From: Octopus sinensis
Lineage: Eukaryota
DNA: 64,000 nt
Assembly: GCF_006345805.1 (NCBI RefSeq)
Contig: NC_042998.1
Location: forward strand, 137,578,001-137,642,000
Direction: 5' to 3'
This document shows, one piece after another, positions 62,201 through 64,000 of this stretch (positions within the stretch are counted from its first letter, which is position 1; every line of letters starts with the position of its first letter). Under the pieces are notes generated by a model. The model was not told where the DNA came from. It saw only the letters and a program-made list of their open reading frames with translations, and did no database searches. The translations under genes were made by a program, and so were the position numbers.

Positions 62201-64000
62201 TATCTTCAAAGAGACCCAACACAAAACTCTTCCAGAGAAATGAGGGCTCAACAACAGACTTATTCCACAGTTCCAAACACACAGGTATTACATTACACAG
62301 CTCAAGGTACTACCTCACTCTGTTTAATCCTTGTTCATCTACCCAAGACATCACACATGATTCTGCCCTGGAATGGACATATTCATAAGTGATACACTGT
62401 ACATCACTGACTATCTCTAAGACTAAAGCAACATGAAATAAAGTGCCTTGCTCAGGGAGACAATACACTGCCCAGTCCAAGAATCAAACTCATGACCATA
62501 TGATCCAATACCCTAACCACTAGGCCACATAAATTTACATCTTAACACAAAGACATAACTATAATTATGTCTTTGTGCAAATTCTCTTTTTTGTTTTTTT
62601 TATGGTAACAGGTTAAGTCTGGTACTTATTCTATAAGTTGCTTTGGCCAAACCACTAAATTACAATGGCACAAACAAACCAATACTGCTTGGCAAGCAGC
62701 AGGGCAGGATCTTGACAAACACACACATACATACACATATAATAGGTTTGCAGTTACCAAATTCATTCACAAGGCCTTGGCTCGCTGGGGGCTACAGTAG
62801 AAGATACTTGCCCAAGGTACTGCACAATGGGACTGAAGCAGGAACCATATGGTTGCAAAGCAAGCTTCTTAACCACATCCAGCATCTTTTTTGTTAATAT
62901 GCAAAATAAGCAAAACATGTACAAGAGAAAATATGCATCCTACATAAATAGAAAGAGGAACAATAGTAATTTTTTTTTAATATTGTTCTTTATATTTCAA
63001 TATTACTCTTTGTACACACTTTTTCAATTTATATGTAAAATTTTTAATTCATGTTACATATACATTTATATAAACAAATACATTATAATTTCAAGTTAAT
63101 TACTTTTGTAGCCTTAAAATGACATTTATTCAGTAGTTATTACTCAAAGTTGTATAGAAAGAAATCTGAACCAAACTGAAGTTATGCCAAGTATTTATTT
63201 ATTCAGTTATTTACTATATGTTCTCAATGTGCTAAAATTATTTTCTTTGAGTTAAGAGGGTAAACAAACAATTCTATTGTTAGAACAGTTAACTGTTGTA
63301 CTATAAACTTTATTATTTTGTAACTAAACCAAGTTGACATCACATCATGACTATATTAATGTAAAAGTTATCAAAATATCCCCATATGTTACAAACATTA
63401 TCTAAATCATTTTGGTTTTTGTTATGTTTTACCAAGATCCATAGAAAAAAGGCAACATAATGCATTGCTAAAAGCAATGAAGTTAGTGATATAAGAAAAT
63501 AATTTTGGGTGGCAGGCTTTATCTATGGCTCAGCTTAAAACACCATCACCTGGCCATGGGGTGCATTTAACACAGTCTACTCTGTTGCAAGTAATCAAAA
63601 TTGCTTTCTTAGATCTTAGATTATGGAGATCTTGCTCCACCACACACATACTCCCAACCACCTTTCCCCACCAGTTTAGAGGCCCAGCTAAAATCTCATG
63701 GCCATTGTCCTTCCTCCAGTGAATAAAAAATCACAATTTTTACATGCATGGCTATGTAGTTAAGAAGCTGCTTTGCAACCACATGGTTTCAGGTTCAGTC
63801 CCACTATGCAGTACCTTGGGCAAGTGTCTTCTACTGTAACCCTAAGCTGACCAGTGCCTTGTGAGTGAATTTGGTAGATGGAAATTCTATGGAAGCACAT
63901 ATATGTATTCTATATGCGCATGTATATATGCATATATGTTTATTTATACATACATGTGTGTCTTTGTGTTTGCCCCACCACCATCACCAGTGTGGGTTTG

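Noticed and set aside
45442-64000. Search for the first coding exon of REPS
   Set aside because: No minus-strand exon encoding an EH N-terminus with a phase-0 donor was found; it probably lies beyond the window
1-64000. CRISPR arrays, rRNA genes, prokaryotic operons
   Set aside because: Spliced eukaryotic locus; the tandem repeats present lack unique spacers and are TE-derived or microsatellites

Overview
AT-rich, repeat-dense animal genomic DNA. The SINE, RTE and Penelope families look like those of Octopus (coleoid cephalopod); this is an inference from repeat motifs. One protein-coding gene spans almost the whole window on the minus strand: a REPS1/REPS2-family EH-domain endocytic adaptor. 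I chained 12 GT-AG exons in consistent phase (45441 down to 1119; 1804 nt, about 601 codons). They cover most of the N-terminal EH-like domain, a Pro/Ser-rich linker, the canonical EH domain with its EF-hand, and part of the low-complexity C-terminal region. I did not find the first coding exon or the C-terminal RalBP1-binding region; they probably lie beyond 64000 and before position 1. The introns hold many transposable-element relics: RTE LINEs, several SINE families, Penelope elements with hammerhead-ribozyme motifs, three mariner relics, a full-length DD36E Tc1-type element, a Buster-type hAT, a non-autonomous Helitron, a piggyBac-like MITE and a decayed Transib/RAG1-like transposase next to a CACGGTGG terminus. 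Most worth checking are the Transib/RAG1-like relic, the DD36E element, the Penelope inverted pair with hammerheads, candidate alternative REPS exons (including two alternative C-termini), and several long intronic inverted repeats that would form dsRNA in the pre-mRNA. No databases were searched; family assignments rest on recognised motifs.
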